Shown: positions 1 to 9,193 of the stretch, in pieces
Layout of the letters: the number at the start of each line of letters is the position of its first letter
How positions within the stretch are numbered: the first letter of the stretch is position 1
Assembly: GCA_964652835.1 (NCBI GenBank)
Contig: CAZZCB010000003.1
Span: forward strand, 1 to 62,877
Origin: an uncultured Candidatus Saccharibacteria bacterium
Lineage (GTDB): Bacteria > Patescibacteriota > Minisyncoccia > Phycocordibacterales > CSBR16-119
DNA length: 62,877 bases
Direction of reading: 5' to 3'
Translations under genes and position numbers: made by a program
Notes under the pieces: model-generated
The model's database searches: none
Seen by the model: the letters and a program-made list of their open reading frames with translations, nothing else
Told to the model about the DNA's origin: nothing

Positions 1-2
1 GT

Positions 3-1334
3 ATGACAGGTACAGCGAAAACTTCAAGCGAAGAATTTTTCAGCGTGTATGGACTCGATGTTATAACTATCCCAACACATAAAGATATCGCCCGAAAAGA
101 CTTAAATGATCAAATCTATCAAACAGAAATCGGTAAGTTTAAGGCTATTGCGAAAAAGATAAAAGAAGTCCACTCTACTGGTCAGCCGATACTTATCGGT
201 ACTATTTCTATTGAAAGAAACGAAATGCTTTCTAACTTCTTAAATCAAGAAGGTGTTCCACACACTATCCTTAACGCGAAAAAACACGAAAGTGAAGGAG
301 AGGTTATCGCTGGCGCTGGACGATTTGGTGCGGTGACTATCGCTACAAACATGGCTGGACGAGGTATCGATATCAAACTCGGGGGTGAACTTGCTACAAA
401 AGAAGAAGGCGACAAAGTGCGCGAGCTCGGTGGTCTATTTGTTTTAGGTACGGAAAGACATGAATCGCGAAGAATAGACAACCAGCTTCGTGGGCGTGCC
501 GGACGACAAGGTGACCCAGGAACTACTCAGTTTTTCGTATCACTGGACGACGACCTCATGCGAGTTTTCGGAGGAGATCGGATAAAGACGATGATGGGAC
601 GTTTTGGTATTGCCGAAGACCAACCAATAGAAAATAAAATGATAACGTCTGCTCTTGAAAGCGCTCAAACAAAAATCGAAGGATTTAACTTCGACGCACG
701 TAAGAAAACTCTGGAATACGATAACGTTTTAAGTACTCAAAGAAAGGCTGTTTATGGAAGAAGACGAAAAATGCTTTTTGCAGAAGACGCTGAGATAAAA
801 GAATACGTTCTTTCTATTTCTCCTGATACACAAAAGACGGAAGCTTTAATGTCTGAAAAGATATCTCAGGTTGGGGAAGAGGCTTTCTGGAAAACCGTCA
901 GAAGAATTATCCTACACGTAAACGATATTCTTTGGACTGAACATTTGGAAACTATGGACTATGTTCGGTCTTCTGTGAACCTACGGGCTTATGGCCAAAG
1001 AGAGCCTTTGATTGAATATACAAAAGAAGGTCTAACTCTTTATCGAAATATGGAAGCGATGCTTAATGAGCAAGTTCTGGCGCTTATAGAAACTATCCGC
1101 CCGACAGAGGCGCAAGCGGAAGTTCGCGAGGCTCCAAAACAATACATTGAAAACTCCGTGAAAGACGAAGATACAAAAGGTCAGACAATAATAAAAAATG
1201 AATCAGATAAGATTGGCCGAAATGATATTGTGATTTTAGAAAAAGACGGAAAGGTAGAAGAAATGAAATTCAAAAAAGCTGAATCTCTTTTGGCGGAAGG
1301 TTGGGTATTGAAAGGGAAGAAGGGAGATAGTTAA
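3..1334 (+). CDS. secA: Preprotein translocase ATPase SecA, C-terminal ~440 aa (5' end cut by window edge)
   Basis: ORF open from window edge; motifs TIATNMAGRGIDIKLGG, LGTERHESRRIDNQLRGRAGRQGDPG, LEYDNVL typical of SecA. Confidence 0.95.
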   Translation: MTGTAKTSSEEFFSVYGLDVITIPTHKDIARKDLNDQIYQTEIGKFKAIAKKIKEVHSTGQPILIGTISIERNEMLSNFLNQEGVPHTILNAKKHESEGEVIAGAGRFGAVTIATNMAGRGIDIKLGGELATKEEGDKVRELGGLFVLGTERHESRRIDNQLRGRAGRQGDPGTTQFFVSLDDDLMRVFGGDRIKTMMGRFGIAEDQPIENKMITSALESAQTKIEGFNFDARKKTLEYDNVLSTQRKAVYGRRRKMLFAEDAEIKEYVLSISPDTQKTEALMSEKISQVGEEAFWKTVRRIILHVNDILWTEHLETMDYVRSSVNLRAYGQREPLIEYTKEGLTLYRNMEAMLNEQVLALIETIRPTEAQAEVREAPKQYIENSVKDEDTKGQTIIKNESDKIGRNDIVILEKDGKVEEMKFKKAESLLAEGWVLKGKKGDS

Positions 1335-1360
1335 AAGTTTTTAAAGTTATAAAGCTAAAA

Positions 1361-1395
1361 GTATAAGCCCGCGCACGAAGTGCGCGGGCTTATAC
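1361..1395 (+). terminator. Rho-independent terminator-like GC hairpin after secA
   Basis: gtataagcccgcgca-cgaag-tgcgcgggcttatac, perfect 15-bp stem, followed by T-rich run. Confidence 0.6.
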
Positions 1396-1410
1396 TCTTT
1401 TATAAAAAAG

Positions 1411-1442
1411 AGAAGCCCCGGCGCACTGCGCTCGGGGCTTCT
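1411..1442 (-). terminator. Terminator-like GC hairpin for the minus-strand gene 1466..1858
   Basis: agaagccccg..cggggcttct stem; on the minus strand it is followed by cttttttat. Confidence 0.55.
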
Positions 1443-1465
1443 TTGCTTGATTGCTCGCCAGGTTT

Positions 1466-1858
1466 TTAATAGCCAAGCGAAACAGCAAAAGCATCAACCG
1501 AACCACCTCTTGGCGGCAGGTTAATTTTTCCATACGACTTCAATTCTTCAATTCTTTTGAAATGTTTTCCTATTGAGCATAGATAGCGTGCCTCAAAAAG
1601 AAGCCATCCTGCTTCTTTGCCCCACCAACTTTTGTTGCTCTTATTGTGATGGCGAGTATTTTCGTAATCACGACCATAAATGAAGGAGGATTGATATAGA
1701 AATACCTTTTCTTGATTAGTATCTATCGCATATACCAAACTAATTTTTGCTTGGTATCGATAAACTAAACCAATTCCATTGAATTGCATTTCTTCTATTA
1801 TGTATTCTTTAGGGGCGGTGGCACCCGACTCAGCTTGATGAAGAGTGTATGGGTTCAT
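1466..1858 (-). CDS. Hypothetical protein (130 aa)
   Basis: Only long ORF here; balanced composition; terminator downstream; no recognisable motif. Confidence 0.5.
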   Translation of the reverse strand: MNPYTLHQAESGATAPKEYIIEEMQFNGIGLVYRYQAKISLVYAIDTNQEKVFLYQSSFIYGRDYENTRHHNKSNKSWWGKEAGWLLFEARYLCSIGKHFKRIEELKSYGKINLPPRGGSVDAFAVSLGY

Positions 1859-1940
1859 TTTTCAGGGTTTTTTTTGTTCAGGTTTAATATCACATTAAAT
1901 ATTTTTTTCATTTTGTCAAGCACACTCGAGTTATCGCTTC

Positions 1941-2079
1941 AGACCCTACACGAGAACACCGTAAAGAAAATAGTAGAGTTTGCCTTAAAAACAACAACTG
2001 TTTGAGGAAAGCCTAAGCTTTCCGAGTTTTGTTGTTTTTTGGCTTAAACTCTACTATTTTTAGGTGTGAAGTGTGGGTC
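1941..2079. repeat. Long imperfect inverted repeat / ~139-nt extended hairpin in a ~600-bp non-coding region
   Basis: Left arm agaccctacac..gaaaatagtagagtttgcc..aaaaacaacaac pairs with gttgttttt..ggc..aaactctactatttt..ggtg..gtgtgggtct; apical stem ggaaagc-ctaa-gctttcc. Confidence 0.5.
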
Positions 2080-2281
2080 TAGCCTTTTGCCTACTTTTTG
2101 GTAATGAAAAAGTAGGGAACATATGTCATTTTTGTCAAATTAAAAACCCCTAAAAACAACACTTTTTACCCAAAAACCACCCAAAAACAATAAAAAAACT
2201 TTTACGCTCAGCAAGGAAAATTGCCCAAAAACCACGATTTAAAGCCATTTTTAACTCTTGACAGACTAAATTTTTAGGGTA

Positions 2282-2310
2282 TTGACAAAAAAAATACCCC
2301 ATGCTAAGAT
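2282..2310 (+). promoter_or_regulatory. Sigma70-like promoter (TTGACA-N17-TAAGAT)
   Basis: TTGACA at 2282-2287, 17-nt spacer, TAAGAT at 2305-2310; a second TTGACA lies at 2258-2263. Confidence 0.45.
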
Positions 2311-2319
2311 ATGGACGTA

Positions 2320-2340
2320 AGTCCCGTCGGGGGCTTTTTT
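2320..2340 (+). terminator. Short hairpin plus T6 tract directly downstream of the promoter
   Basis: agtccc-gtcg-ggggct followed by tttttt. Confidence 0.35.
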
Positions 2341-2474
2341 GTTTGCCCTATATAAAAATAGGGAAAACAGGGACCGTTTAAAATAGAATAACAAAAATCT
2401 AAAAACAAGGTAACTTTGTTTTTTCTTTTTAACGGACATACTACCACGGTGTTGTCGGAGCGAAACCGTCACAT

Positions 2475-3119
2475 ATGAATAATATATATAAGAGTTTCAG
2501 CAAATCATTGCATTCTTTTATCCTCTTACCTTTATTGGTAACTAACATTTCTGGAGGCGTTGATAGTAAGATCAACATTTCAGCTTTAGAGGATAAGATA
2601 AGGTCAGGTTTCGGTGTTACCGAAATGATAGACGAACAAACAGCTCTTTTAGACGAACAAAAAATAAAGGCAGCTAAAATCGACGCATACTTCGGTAAAT
2701 ATGATTTACCAGCCGAAGGGTATGGTATGGCGATGGTTACAGCGGCTGACAAATATGGCCTCGACTGGAGATTAATACCAGCTCTAGCAAAACTAGAGAC
2801 AACAGGAGGTAAACATACTTGTAAAAATCCACAAGGTAAAAATAACTGGTTTGGATGGGGTTCATGTAAAATCGGATTTGATTCTGTTGAAGAATCATTT
2901 GACGTTATTGCAAAGAACTTAACAGGGAATAATCCTAGAACTGCAAGTTACTATAAAGGTAAGACTGTAGAAAAAATTCTAGAAGTTTATAACCCTCCAG
3001 CAACTCCAGGTATCACACCTAACTATCATAAACTTGCGTTTAAGATTATGGATGAGATCGAGAGTATGGAAGTAAATCAAGAAGCAATGAATCAAAACGT
3101 TTTAGTTTTGAATAAGTAA
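2475..3119 (+). CDS. Secreted glucosaminidase-like putative peptidoglycan hydrolase
   Basis: N-terminal hydrophobic segment; LAKLETTGGKH...NNWFGWG resembles the ..ESgwG...nN.FG. core of mannosyl-glycoprotein endo-beta-N-acetylglucosaminidase domains. Confidence 0.55.
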   Translation: MNNIYKSFSKSLHSFILLPLLVTNISGGVDSKINISALEDKIRSGFGVTEMIDEQTALLDEQKIKAAKIDAYFGKYDLPAEGYGMAMVTAADKYGLDWRLIPALAKLETTGGKHTCKNPQGKNNWFGWGSCKIGFDSVEESFDVIAKNLTGNNPRTASYYKGKTVEKILEVYNPPATPGITPNYHKLAFKIMDEIESMEVNQEAMNQNVLVLNK

Positions 3120-3130
3120 TAATATTTAAC

Positions 3131-3158
3131 AAAAGCCGGCGCGAAAGCGCCGGCTTTT
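3131..3158 (+). terminator. Rho-independent terminator
   Basis: aaaagccggcgc-gaaa-gcgccggctttt. Confidence 0.7.
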
Positions 3159-3183
3159 GTTTTATCTAAATTAAAATGACAAA

Positions 3184-3203
3184 GGCCGCGACGTTGCGCG
3201 GCC
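3184..3203 (-). terminator. Terminator-like hairpin for 3224..3448
   Basis: ggccgcg-acgt-tgcgcggcc stem just downstream of the minus-strand ORF. Confidence 0.45.
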
Positions 3204-3223
3204 ATGTTGCCCTTGGTTGTTAG

Positions 3224-3448
3224 TTAATACTGTGCGCCAAGGATTCTCCTTTGTTCTTTGTCGTGAGCAAGTGCTCCGATCCAGATATCATAGAAGAAAT
3301 CCAAAACAGTCTGGCGAGTTGGAGTCGGTGTGTTCCTGATATGCGCTATAACCGCTCGCAAGAACTCATCCTGATGGGTGCTCGGTACTTTTTCAAAAAG
3401 AAGTTTCTGAACTTCTTCATTGACTGAGTTGTTTCCTGTTTCTTCCAT
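3224..3448 (-). CDS. Hypothetical small protein (74 aa), somewhat higher GC than neighbours
   Basis: ORF bracketed by a terminator hairpin and the dnaE 3' end; no motif recognised. Confidence 0.45.
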   Translation of the reverse strand: MEETGNNSVNEEVQKLLFEKVPSTHQDEFLRAVIAHIRNTPTPTRQTVLDFFYDIWIGALAHDKEQRRILGAQY

Positions 3449-3506
3449 TGATGAAAGGGCGTTCGTTGGTTTTTAGTATTATACCACCAACAAAACCAAT
3501 GTCAAA

Positions 3507-6500
3507 CTAAATCTCCTTCAAAGATTCAATCATTATGCTTTTTTCTCCGTCACGAATACTGAGTTTACCCTTTATAGCTACGCATTTATTTTCCACCAAG
3601 TTTAGTGCGTGTTCACGGAAAGTCTCTGGGAAAGCCACAGCCTCCATACTTCCTTCTAAATCAGACATTTTGATAAACGCCATTTGTCCGCCTTTTTTTG
3701 TTATTACTTTTCGGATACTTTCGATTATAACCGCGCAAACAACATTCATATTTTGAAAACCTGTTTCCTGAAGTTTCTTTAGATTCATTCCTGTTTTATC
3801 TATTTTCTCTTTTACTCTGTCGAGAGGGTGACCAGAAATATAAAGTCCTAAAAGTTCTTTTTCCCAAACCAGTTTATCTTCTTTGCTGGCAAGTCCTCCT
3901 TCTTTTATAGAGAGGCGAGATTTTGGCGCCATGTCACCACCAAAAAGAGATCCTTGGTTTTTATCTACTTTTGAAAAAGATTTTGTAAAAGCTAGTAGCT
4001 CTTCCATACTTTGAAGAAATGTTCCTCTGTCGCCAAAGTCGTCTAGGGCTCCAGCCTTGATCAATGCTTCTAAAGATTTTTTAGTTAAGTTTTTATGTTG
4101 AACACGTTCTAGGAAATTTTCCATCGAAGTAAAATTCCCACCCTTTTTTCTTTCTTCAATGATTGCGTCAGAAATATCACCACCGAGGTTTTTTATTGTA
4201 TAGAAACCAAACCTGATTTTATCGAGCTTGCCTTCTTCTTCGTTTTTGATAACAGTAAATCCGCCGAAACATTCGTTTATGTGTGGTGAAAGCACTTCAA
4301 TATCCATTTTTTTACATTCAAGAATAATCTCAGAAACTCTTTCTACGTCACCTGACTCAGCTGTTAAAATCGCGCTCATATATGGAACAGGGAAGTTCGC
4401 TTTCATATACGCTGTTTTGTACGCTAGGTTTCCGTAACTGGCTGCGTGAGCTTTGTTGAATCCGTACGCGGCGAAAGGTTCGATCAGCGCCCAGAGTTCA
4501 TCTGCTTTCTTTTGAGTCATTCCATTTTTAAGAAGACCTTCCATAAGTTTTCCTTTTTCGGCCATCATAACTTCAGGAATCTTCTTTCCCATAGCTTTTC
4601 GAAGTTTGTCGGCTTCAAGCCAAGAATATCCAGCAAGTTTTATAGCGATCATCATGACGTCGTCTTGGTAAGTGATAACCCCATAAGAAAGGTCTAGAAT
4701 ATCTTTCATTCTAGGATCCAAAAATCGAATCAAAATTGGGTTGTGTTTTCTTTTAATATATTCAGGAATCATTTCCATCGGTCCTGGTCGGTAAAGAGCC
4801 ACCATCGCGTTGATGTCGTCTATTTGTGACGGTACAAGTTCTTTTAGATAACGAGTCATACCTGAAGAAGAAAGCTGGAAAACTCCCATAGTTTTTCCTT
4901 CTGCAAGCATTTTAAAAGTCTTTGGATCGTCTATCGGGATGGAGTCGATATCTATTTTTATGCCTTCGATTTTTTCCACCAGTTTGATAGAGTCGGCAAG
5001 AATAGCCAGGTTTCTGATTCCTAGAAAGTCAAATTTAATAAGCCCGGCGTCTTCGACGGCGTGCATGTCGTATTGAGTGATAATCTTTCCGCCTTTTGGA
5101 TCAAGCTGAACTGGTGCGTAGTCAGAAACTTCTGTAGGTGAGATTACCACTCCGGCCGCGTGAACAGAGATGTGTCTAGCACATCCTTCTATCTTTTTCG
5201 CCATGTCGATTATCTCTTTTACGACTTTGTCTGTCTCGTACATTTTTTTAAGTTCTGGTTCGACATCGAGAGCAATATCGATAGTCATCGGGAAACCTTG
5301 TTTTCCTAAAGGGATAAGTTTTGAGATTTTATCTCCGATATCATATGCAAATCCTAGTGCACGCGCTACGTCTCTCACAGCTCCACGAGCCTGCATCGTA
5401 CCAAAAGTACCGATCTGCGCTACTGCGCGTTCACCGTATTTTTGTTTAGCGTATTCAATAACCTCATCGCGTCTGTTGTCGGCGAAGTCCATGTCGATAT
5501 CTGGCGCTGAGGGACGCTCTGGGTTTAGGAATCTTTCAAACGGAAGTTTAAAACGAAACGGATCAACGTTTGTGATTCCTAAAAGATAAGTCGTAATAGA
5601 TCCAGCGACCGAACCTCGGATGTTTGTTAAAATTCCGTTTTCGTTTGCAAAACGAATAAGGTCACCCACGATAAGTAGGTAGATAGAAAATCCTTTGTTT
5701 TTAATAATCTCAAGTTCGTATTCTATTCGGGCTATTATCTCTGCAGATTCCTGTCCATATCTTTTTGGTATCCCTTGATAAACATATTTTTTAAGTTGCG
5801 ACTCTGGAGTGTGTCCGTCTTCGAGTCCGAATTTTGGAAAAACCCAAGTCCCAAGCTCAAGATTTATATCTACCATCTCTGCGACTTTCAAAGTGTTTTC
5901 TACTGCCTCTGGAATATCTTTAAAATATTCCATCGCACCAGCTGGGTCGATAAAGTGATAGTCTCCGTTAAAACGAAAACTTGTACTGTTTGTGTTTATG
6001 GCGAGCAAAGTGTTGTGAGCTTCGCTGTCGTCTTTGTGTAAGTAGTGAGAGTCCCAAGTGGCAACTATCGGTATGTCGTATTTTTTAGAAAGTCCGATAA
6101 GACCTTGTTTTACTGTCTCAGTACCTTCAACTTCAGCGTGGTTCATAAATTCTAAAAAGAAATTTTCTTTTCCGAAAATGCTTATATATTTTTCTACTAT
6201 TTGCTCTGCGTGTTCTGCATTTTTTGCTCTTAGTGATTGCGCGAGTTCTCCAGCCGGACAGCCAGAAAGACAGATTATTCCTTCGGAATATTTTCGTAAA
6301 ATCTCCTCGTCCATTCTTGGTTTGTAATAGTATCCTTCAAGAAAAGAAAGAGAGACAAGTTTCATCAAGTTTTTATAACCTTGATTGTTTTTTGCTAGAA
6401 GTGTCAGGTGATATCTTTTGTTGTCTATTCCTGCGTCTTTATCGTGGCGAGTTCTTTCTGCGATATATGCCTCGACACCGATGATAGGTTTTATACCAGC

Positions 6501-6674
6501 ATCTTTACACTTTTTGTAGAATTCTATCGCTCCATACATCGATCCGTGGTCGGTAAGCGCCAGTGCCGGCATATCGAACTCTTTGGCTTTTTTTACCAAG
6601 GCTCCTATTTTAGAAAGCCCGTCCAAAAGCGAGTAGTGAGAATGCGTATGAAGATGGACAAATTTGCCTGACAT
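3507..6674 (-). CDS. dnaE: DNA polymerase III alpha subunit
   Basis: 1055 aa; PHP-domain start VHLHTHSHYSLLDG; LTDHGSMYGA; ERPSAPDIDMDF; GLIKFDFLG; FNKAHAASY. Confidence 0.97.
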   Translation of the reverse strand: MSGKFVHLHTHSHYSLLDGLSKIGALVKKAKEFDMPALALTDHGSMYGAIEFYKKCKDAGIKPIIGVEAYIAERTRHDKDAGIDNKRYHLTLLAKNNQGYKNLMKLVSLSFLEGYYYKPRMDEEILRKYSEGIICLSGCPAGELAQSLRAKNAEHAEQIVEKYISIFGKENFFLEFMNHAEVEGTETVKQGLIGLSKKYDIPIVATWDSHYLHKDDSEAHNTLLAINTNSTSFRFNGDYHFIDPAGAMEYFKDIPEAVENTLKVAEMVDINLELGTWVFPKFGLEDGHTPESQLKKYVYQGIPKRYGQESAEIIARIEYELEIIKNKGFSIYLLIVGDLIRFANENGILTNIRGSVAGSITTYLLGITNVDPFRFKLPFERFLNPERPSAPDIDMDFADNRRDEVIEYAKQKYGERAVAQIGTFGTMQARGAVRDVARALGFAYDIGDKISKLIPLGKQGFPMTIDIALDVEPELKKMYETDKVVKEIIDMAKKIEGCARHISVHAAGVVISPTEVSDYAPVQLDPKGGKIITQYDMHAVEDAGLIKFDFLGIRNLAILADSIKLVEKIEGIKIDIDSIPIDDPKTFKMLAEGKTMGVFQLSSSGMTRYLKELVPSQIDDINAMVALYRPGPMEMIPEYIKRKHNPILIRFLDPRMKDILDLSYGVITYQDDVMMIAIKLAGYSWLEADKLRKAMGKKIPEVMMAEKGKLMEGLLKNGMTQKKADELWALIEPFAAYGFNKAHAASYGNLAYKTAYMKANFPVPYMSAILTAESGDVERVSEIILECKKMDIEVLSPHINECFGGFTVIKNEEEGKLDKIRFGFYTIKNLGGDISDAIIEERKKGGNFTSMENFLERVQHKNLTKKSLEALIKAGALDDFGDRGTFLQSMEELLAFTKSFSKVDKNQGSLFGGDMAPKSRLSIKEGGLASKEDKLVWEKELLGLYISGHPLDRVKEKIDKTGMNLKKLQETGFQNMNVVCAVIIESIRKVITKKGGQMAFIKMSDLEGSMEAVAFPETFREHALNLVENKCVAIKGKLSIRDGEKSIMIESLKEI

Positions 6675-6717
6675 AAGTGGGTATATTTTAACACAAAGAC
6701 CGTGGTATTATATCCTT

Positions 6718-7329
6718 GTGGAAAGTCAAAATTTTACTTATTTTATCGGTGTGGATGAGGTCGGGCGAGGGCCTGTTGCTGGGCCTGTTTACGTTTGTGG
6801 TCTTTTTATATCCGCCGAAAATCTAGAGAAAATAATAAAAGAAGTGGGAAACTTGCCTCTTCGGGACTCTAAAAAGCTAACAGAAAAAATGCGAGATAAA
6901 TGGTTTTTAAAAATTAAAGAATTTGCCGACGCTGGGTATTTAAAATATGTTGTTTCGAAAGCGAGTGCGGGCGAGATAGACGAGAAGGGAATAGCTGTGT
7001 GTATAAAAGCCTGCGTCAAAAACTCCGTGATAAAAATCGACGCTGATAAAGAAAAGACAAAGGTGCTGCTCGACGGTGGACTTTCCGTTGGCTGGGATTT
7101 TACTGAAGAGTCTTTTATAAAAGGTGATGAAAATATTCCCGTGATATCACTCGCGTCGATAGTGGCGAAAGTTTTAAGAGATAAAGAGATGGCTGAACTT
7201 TCAAAAGAGTATCCTGAATACGGCTTTGAAAAACATAAGGGATATGGTACAAAAGCGCACATGGACGCCATCTTAAAACATGGAGCAACGGATCTACACA
7301 GAAAATCTTTCTTAAAAAATTATATATAA
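6718..7329 (+). CDS. rnhB: Ribonuclease HII
   Basis: IGVDEVGRGPVAGPVYVCG and DSKKL motifs. The ORF is open from 6664, but ATG 6664 would overlap the dnaE start, so GTG 6718 is preferred. Confidence 0.9.
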   Translation: MESQNFTYFIGVDEVGRGPVAGPVYVCGLFISAENLEKIIKEVGNLPLRDSKKLTEKMRDKWFLKIKEFADAGYLKYVVSKASAGEIDEKGIAVCIKACVKNSVIKIDADKEKTKVLLDGGLSVGWDFTEESFIKGDENIPVISLASIVAKVLRDKEMAELSKEYPEYGFEKHKGYGTKAHMDAILKHGATDLHRKSFLKNYI

Positions 7330-7334
7330 AGATA

Positions 7335-7362
7335 AAATTATATCGATATATCGATATAATTT
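7335..7362. repeat. Perfect 28-bp AT-rich palindrome between rnhB and truB
   Basis: aaattatatcgatatatcgatataattt equals its own reverse complement. Confidence 0.9.
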
Positions 7363-7384
7363 AGTTTTTAAAATAGTAAAAAAA

Positions 7385-8041
7385 ATGAACAATAGCTTAA
7401 AAAAACCAGAAGATATATTGCTAGTAAATAAACCAAAGGGAATAAGTTCTTTTGATGTTATTCGAATTCTCCGGAAGAAATTAGGAATTCGAAAAATGGG
7501 TCACGCTGGAACACTCGATCCACTGGCTTCGGGTCTTATGATTATCGGAGTTGAGACGGGAACTAAAAAATTAACTGACTACATAAAAAAAGACAAAACA
7601 TATGTCGCGGAAATTTTATTTGGTAGAAAAACAGATACAGGCGATATGGAGGGCGCCGTGCTGGAGCAAACAGAAATTTATTTTGTTGAAGATGATTACA
7701 TGAAAGAGCTGATGAATGCTTTCAGTGGTGATTTTGAACTCATGCCTCCAAAATATTCTGCTATTAAAAAAGATGGAAAGCCTTTGTATAAATACGCGCG
7801 AAGTGGGGAAGAGGTGGAGATATTGCCTCGAATTATGAAAGTTTATAAAAGTGAGTTTTTAGGAAGCGAAAAAGTACCTGAGGGTTTTATCGCTAGGGTT
7901 TCTTTCGACGTGGCTTCTGGAGTGTATATACGGTCTTTGGTTGAAAAGGTGGGTGATCTGCTAGGCGTGCCGGCAACGCTTTATAACCTAAAAAGGACTA
8001 AAATAGGGGAGTTTGAGCTGAAAAATGCTATTGATATTTAA
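7385..8041 (+). CDS. truB: tRNA pseudouridine(55) synthase
   Basis: GHAGTLDPLASGLMIIG catalytic Asp motif; YSAIKKDGKPLY. Confidence 0.95.
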   Translation: MNNSLKKPEDILLVNKPKGISSFDVIRILRKKLGIRKMGHAGTLDPLASGLMIIGVETGTKKLTDYIKKDKTYVAEILFGRKTDTGDMEGAVLEQTEIYFVEDDYMKELMNAFSGDFELMPPKYSAIKKDGKPLYKYARSGEEVEILPRIMKVYKSEFLGSEKVPEGFIARVSFDVASGVYIRSLVEKVGDLLGVPATLYNLKRTKIGEFELKNAIDI

Positions 8042-8152
8042 GGGTTTTTGGTCTGTGAGCAAGCTTGACTTTAATGCTCATTTGTGCTATATTATAGAAG
8101 GAAACTAAACCTTGAACCTTGCCAAGCTCGGTCAAATCCGAGCACAAAAATC

Positions 8153-9091
8153 ATGAAGAACATCACACAACTCTCGTTTTTCGTGGCGCTTGTTTTCTCG
8201 CTCTTCGGAGCAGAAGCTGGTGCTCAGGTTTACACACCTGACTGGCAGGACCGTATTGGTCCTAACAACATCACCGCGGTCTACAACTACGATTTCGATC
8301 AATCGTTCCGTCGGAGGGTTTATCGCAACATCGGTCCTTACTACTTGCCAAACTGGCAAGGGGTGACTGAGGACGTGATCGACGCCGGTCTTGGCACTGA
8401 CACTGTTATTCTGGATTACGGCGGTCAGATACTCGTTCAGATCTTGAACATGGATAACACCCCTACGGGAGTGCAGCACATCTTCAATCTGAGTACTTTT
8501 CCTCCGCCTACGATCTCGGTGTATGACATCATCTATGGCCAGCCACCGCTAATTCGGTTTCGGGCGGACATTAACTCTGCTTACGGCCTAGGGCGTCCAT
8601 CGTACTATGTTTCAAAGCTTAAATGTCGTCTCCAGCGCACATTTCCAAGCTTCTGGGAACAAACCGTTGAATGGACTTTTCCAATCGGAATTGTTCCGTT
8701 CGCAGAATTCAGTTTGCCGTTCGACTTCTTCGGAGACTACTGCGTTCAGTGGTCTGTCACCGATGAAGATACGAGCCTTGATTCTCACTTCGGTGAGATC
8801 ACAGTTTGGGAATCTGAGGTAATGTGTTTCTCGTACGGAAGTACAGGAATTCAGAGCGACAGGATGAAGGTGCAGTTCGGATCATTTCCGAATCCGTTTA
8901 CTGATGTTGTGACCATTGAGTCGCCGTCCGTTACGGATTACATCGTGCTCAGCACCTCCGGACAGCGGGTGGCCTCCGGGCAACTGTTTGTCGGACACAA
9001 CCGACTGTACGAACTCTCAGGCCTTAGCCTTACCCCTGGTGTATATATCTTGCAAACCGACTTGGGTCAGACCAAGATCGTAAAGCAGTGA
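8153..9091 (+). CDS. Secreted protein with a T9SS (Por) C-terminal sorting domain-like tail
   Basis: Signal peptide MKNITQLSFFVALVFSLFGAEAGAQ from ATG 8153. C-terminus FPNPFTDVVTIE...YIVLSTSGQRV...LSGLSLTPGVYILQTDLGQTKIVKQ matches the Por_Secre_tail pattern. G+C about 52% in line 8161-8220. Confidence 0.75.
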   Translation: MKNITQLSFFVALVFSLFGAEAGAQVYTPDWQDRIGPNNITAVYNYDFDQSFRRRVYRNIGPYYLPNWQGVTEDVIDAGLGTDTVILDYGGQILVQILNMDNTPTGVQHIFNLSTFPPPTISVYDIIYGQPPLIRFRADINSAYGLGRPSYYVSKLKCRLQRTFPSFWEQTVEWTFPIGIVPFAEFSLPFDFFGDYCVQWSVTDEDTSLDSHFGEITVWESEVMCFSYGSTGIQSDRMKVQFGSFPNPFTDVVTIESPSVTDYIVLSTSGQRVASGQLFVGHNRLYELSGLSLTPGVYILQTDLGQTKIVKQ

Positions 9092-9103
9092 ACCTTCTTC
9101 ATG

Positions 9104-9142
9104 AAAAAAACCCGCGGCGCGCATAGCGTTCGCGGGTTTTTT
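9104..9142 (+). terminator. Rho-independent terminator
   Basis: aaaaaaacccgcg...cgcgggtttttt. Confidence 0.7.
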
Positions 9143-9193
9143 CGTTGTATAATAAAAATAGGTCGCTCTTTATATTCACATAAACCCAAAGCC

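Noticed and set aside
245-481. Antisense ORFs inside secA. The same kind occurs inside dnaE (3535-6671), the surface genes, gyrA, infB and others.
   Set aside because: They lie fully within strongly supported genes on the other strand and have skewed Ser/Leu/Phe/Pro-rich composition, so they are shadow ORFs.
2003-2030. tgaggaaagcc, reminiscent of the RNase P RNA GAGGAAAGUCC (P4) motif
   Set aside because: It continues differently. None of the other universally conserved RNase P segments is nearby, and it forms the tip of the long hairpin instead.
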